Part shown: one piece after another, positions 33,844 to 35,758 of the stretch
Position numbering within the stretch: the first letter of the stretch is position 1
Layout: each line of letters starts with the position of its first letter
Origin: an uncultured Clostridia bacterium
Lineage (GTDB): Bacteria; Bacillota; Clostridia; Christensenellales; UBA1242
DNA length: 35,758 nucleotides
Reading direction: 5' to 3'
Assembly: GCA_904397185.1 (NCBI GenBank)
Contig: CAJFOL010000085.1
Span: forward strand, 1-35,758
Translations under genes and position numbers: made by a program
Notes under the pieces: model-generated
What the model was told of the DNA's origin: nothing
Seen by the model: the letters and a program-made list of their open reading frames with translations, nothing else
Databases searched by the model: none

Positions 33844-34820
33844 AAACTAGATTATTGACATCACTCGGTATAGTGATTGTGCTTGCAATAGCCTTTATAT
33901 TAAAGGCATTTGTTCAAGATATTGGAAATTATTTCTTTGATTTATTGATTCTTATAATTGCTTGTTTTGCAAGTTATGAGGCATCAAAATTATTTTCTAA
34001 GATGGGAAAATACAACAATCAAATTTTGGCTACAATTTTCCCTGCTTTTTTGATGATTGCATTGTTACTTTGTACTGCATATGACTCTTCTATAGGAATT
34101 GGCTATACACTTGTTATCTCTGTTGCATTGCTTGTACTATTCTTTGGTATAGCATTTGTTTGGCCACTTACAAATTATAATGGCACGAAATCTGAAATAA
34201 GGACAAGACAACTGGACAAGTCTATAAAGCCAGTTAAGTATGCTCTTGTAAAAGCATTAAACACTGCAGTGGTTTTTGTTTATCCAGCATTTTTGCTTTT
34301 ATTTTTAACTTTAATCAACCATTTTGAGGACATGTCTGCCTCATTTAATGCACTAGCAGGCTTTAATGGATGGGTATCATTCTTTGTACTTCTATTTGCT
34401 TTACTTATACCTATTTTTACAGATACATTCGCATATTTGATGGGAGGACTTTTTGAAGGCAAAAAACTTGCTCCAAAAATAAGCCCTAAAAAAACTATTT
34501 CTGGAGCAATAGGTGGACTTTTATGGTGTGTACTTTTAATTGTAGCAGTATACTATATTTGTCATTCTATTCCTTCTATGGGGACGATTTTGGATGGTGC
34601 AGGAATAAGTGTTTGGAAAGTTATTATCATTGCTTTTATCGGCTCAATAATCAGTCAAGTTGGCGACCTATTTGAAAGTTACTTAAAACGTAGTGCTGGA
34701 GTTAAAGATTCAGGAAAACTTTTGCCTGGACATGGTGGAATGCTTGATAGGTTTGATTCATATATATTTGTGGCGCCTTACATTTTTATTGCTTTCAGTA
34801 TATTATTCATAGTTTTATAA
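33840..34820 (+). CDS. cdsA: Phosphatidate cytidylyltransferase
   Basis: SPKKTISGAIGG and GHGGMLDRFDS motifs. TTG start overlapping the uppS TGA, with GGAGG 6 nt upstream. Confidence 0.88.
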   Translation: MKTRLLTSLGIVIVLAIAFILKAFVQDIGNYFFDLLILIIACFASYEASKLFSKMGKYNNQILATIFPAFLMIALLLCTAYDSSIGIGYTLVISVALLVLFFGIAFVWPLTNYNGTKSEIRTRQLDKSIKPVKYALVKALNTAVVFVYPAFLLLFLTLINHFEDMSASFNALAGFNGWVSFFVLLFALLIPIFTDTFAYLMGGLFEGKKLAPKISPKKTISGAIGGLLWCVLLIVAVYYICHSIPSMGTILDGAGISVWKVIIIAFIGSIISQVGDLFESYLKRSAGVKDSGKLLPGHGGMLDRFDSYIFVAPYIFIAFSILFIVL

Positions 34821-34894
34821 TAAATTATTGATAGGACAAGTATTGCATTAAAGTACAGAAGAAATTGCTATTTTGTGAAAATATGTGAGGTTAA

Positions 34895-35758
34895 ATGATA
34901 GTTCTTTATATTATTCTTGCCATTGCAATTCTTCTTCTAATGGTGCTAATACATGAGTTTGGACATTACACAATTGGCAGGATGCTAAATTTTAAAATAA
35001 CAGAGTTTTCAGTTGGCTTTGGCAAAGCCATCTTTTCTCGTAAAAATAAAAGGGGGGAGTTGATATCACTGAGGATATTTCCTTTAGGTGGTTATTGTGC
35101 CTTTGCTGGCGAAGATGAAACAAACCCTGATGATAAGGATGCATTTACAAATCAAGCACCTTGGAAACGTATACTTGTTTTTCTTGCTGGTGTAACTTTT
35201 AATTTTGCTACCGCTGTTATTTTTTCTTTAATTCTGCTTTGTACTGTTGGCTATGATGTACCACAGGTAAGGACAAATTTTAATATAAACGATGAAATTA
35301 TTTATGATGTAGGGTCAAATGTAATAGACGAAGACGATTATATTATTAATAGGGATAGTGCTATAACATACCTTCCTGAAGGTGTAGAGACACTTCAACC
35401 AGGAGACGTCATAATTTCAATAAATGGTGAAAAAATTGATTTTGCTTTTGGTTCACTTTATGGGGATATGAGGACAAGAGAATATAGTGCATTGCAAGAT
35501 TATCTTGCCGAACAAAAGGAATTAAACCCCGAAAATTACAATGAAAGGGATGCGTTTTCAAATTATTCAGTTAGCACTACTGCTGTCGTAAAAAGAGATG
35601 GAGAATATATTGAAAATGTATATCTTGGTTTTTATCAAGTTGAAGTAAAATCGCCTGCAAAAGACGAGGAAGGAAACGTCATAGATGGGGAGTATGTCAC
35701 CTCATATGTCTATTGCCTTGACAGTCAAGTCAGCGCTTATGTATATTCCTTTGGTGAG
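34895..35758 (+). CDS. rseP: RIP (site-2) zinc metalloprotease RseP/RasP family, 5' partial (open to the window end)
   Basis: This ORF is not in the track because no stop is reached. I translated 288 codons without a stop: MIVLYIILAIAILLLMVLIHEFGHYTIGRMLNFKITEFSVGFG..., with the HExxH motif in TM1 followed by FPLGGYCAFAGEDE. The position after cdsA is canonical. Confidence 0.88.
   Translation, partial: MIVLYIILAIAILLLMVLIHEFGHYTIGRMLNFKITEFSVGFGKAIFSRKNKRGELISLRIFPLGGYCAFAGEDETNPDDKDAFTNQAPWKRILVFLAGVTFNFATAVIFSLILLCTVGYDVPQVRTNFNINDEIIYDVGSNVIDEDDYIINRDSAITYLPEGVETLQPGDVIISINGEKIDFAFGSLYGDMRTREYSALQDYLAEQKELNPENYNERDAFSNYSVSTTAVVKRDGEYIENVYLGFYQVEVKSPAKDEEGNVIDGEYVTSYVYCLDSQVSAYVYSFGE

Noticed and set aside
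1-35758. Looked for CRISPR repeats, IS or transposase genes, integrases, phage modules, toxin-antitoxin pairs, tRNA and rRNA genes
   Set aside because: None were found. There are no regularly spaced direct repeats, no recombinase-like ORFs and no tRNA-like T-loop or acceptor patterns in the intergenic regions. The window is core chromosome.

Overview
This is a low-GC, Firmicutes-type chromosomal segment. The sporulation genes (sigK, ylbJ-like, ytxC-like) and an RNase P RNA that aligns best, from memory, with the type-A (E. coli M1-like) architecture suggest a Clostridia-like spore-former lineage. Nearly all genes are co-directional on the + strand and follow classic Bacillus/Clostridium housekeeping synteny. 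In order: ylbJ-like(-), pta-ackA, rpmF, plsX, rnc, smc, ftsY, a FakA-middle-domain mini-ORF, sigK, a DAC-like ORF, rnpB, an AT-rich orphan ORF, rarA plus an E2/CAT-fold ORF, a small membrane ORF, polA, a HAD hydrolase, ruvX plus DUF1292, a 46-aa basic micro-ORF, a lipoprotein(-), ytxC-like, T-box-thrS, yajC, an orphan ORF, a yrzE-like membrane ORF, secD-secF, rpsB-tsf, frr-uppS-cdsA, and rseP (runs off the window end). Many intergenic regions carry near-consensus sigma-A promoters (TTGACA-17-TATAAT) and clear intrinsic terminators. I see no transposase, integrase, CRISPR array, prophage or recognisable defence operon, so this is mostly an ordinary core region. The best lead is the 455-aa ORF at 11854-13221. 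It reads as a tandem, internally duplicated diadenylate-cyclase (DisA_N)-like protein with the DGA motif kept and the RHR motif lost. Secondary leads are:
- a CAT/E2-fold protein with catalytic His replaced by Glu and a polylysine tail, translationally coupled to rarA
- an untracked 46-aa Lys/Ser-repeat micro-protein
- an apparently leaderless Cys/His-rich orphan next to a 12-bp palindrome
- a stand-alone FakA middle-domain mini-protein
- a very AT-rich 421-aa orphan after rnpB
All homology statements come from motif recognition and from-memory alignment, not from searches.
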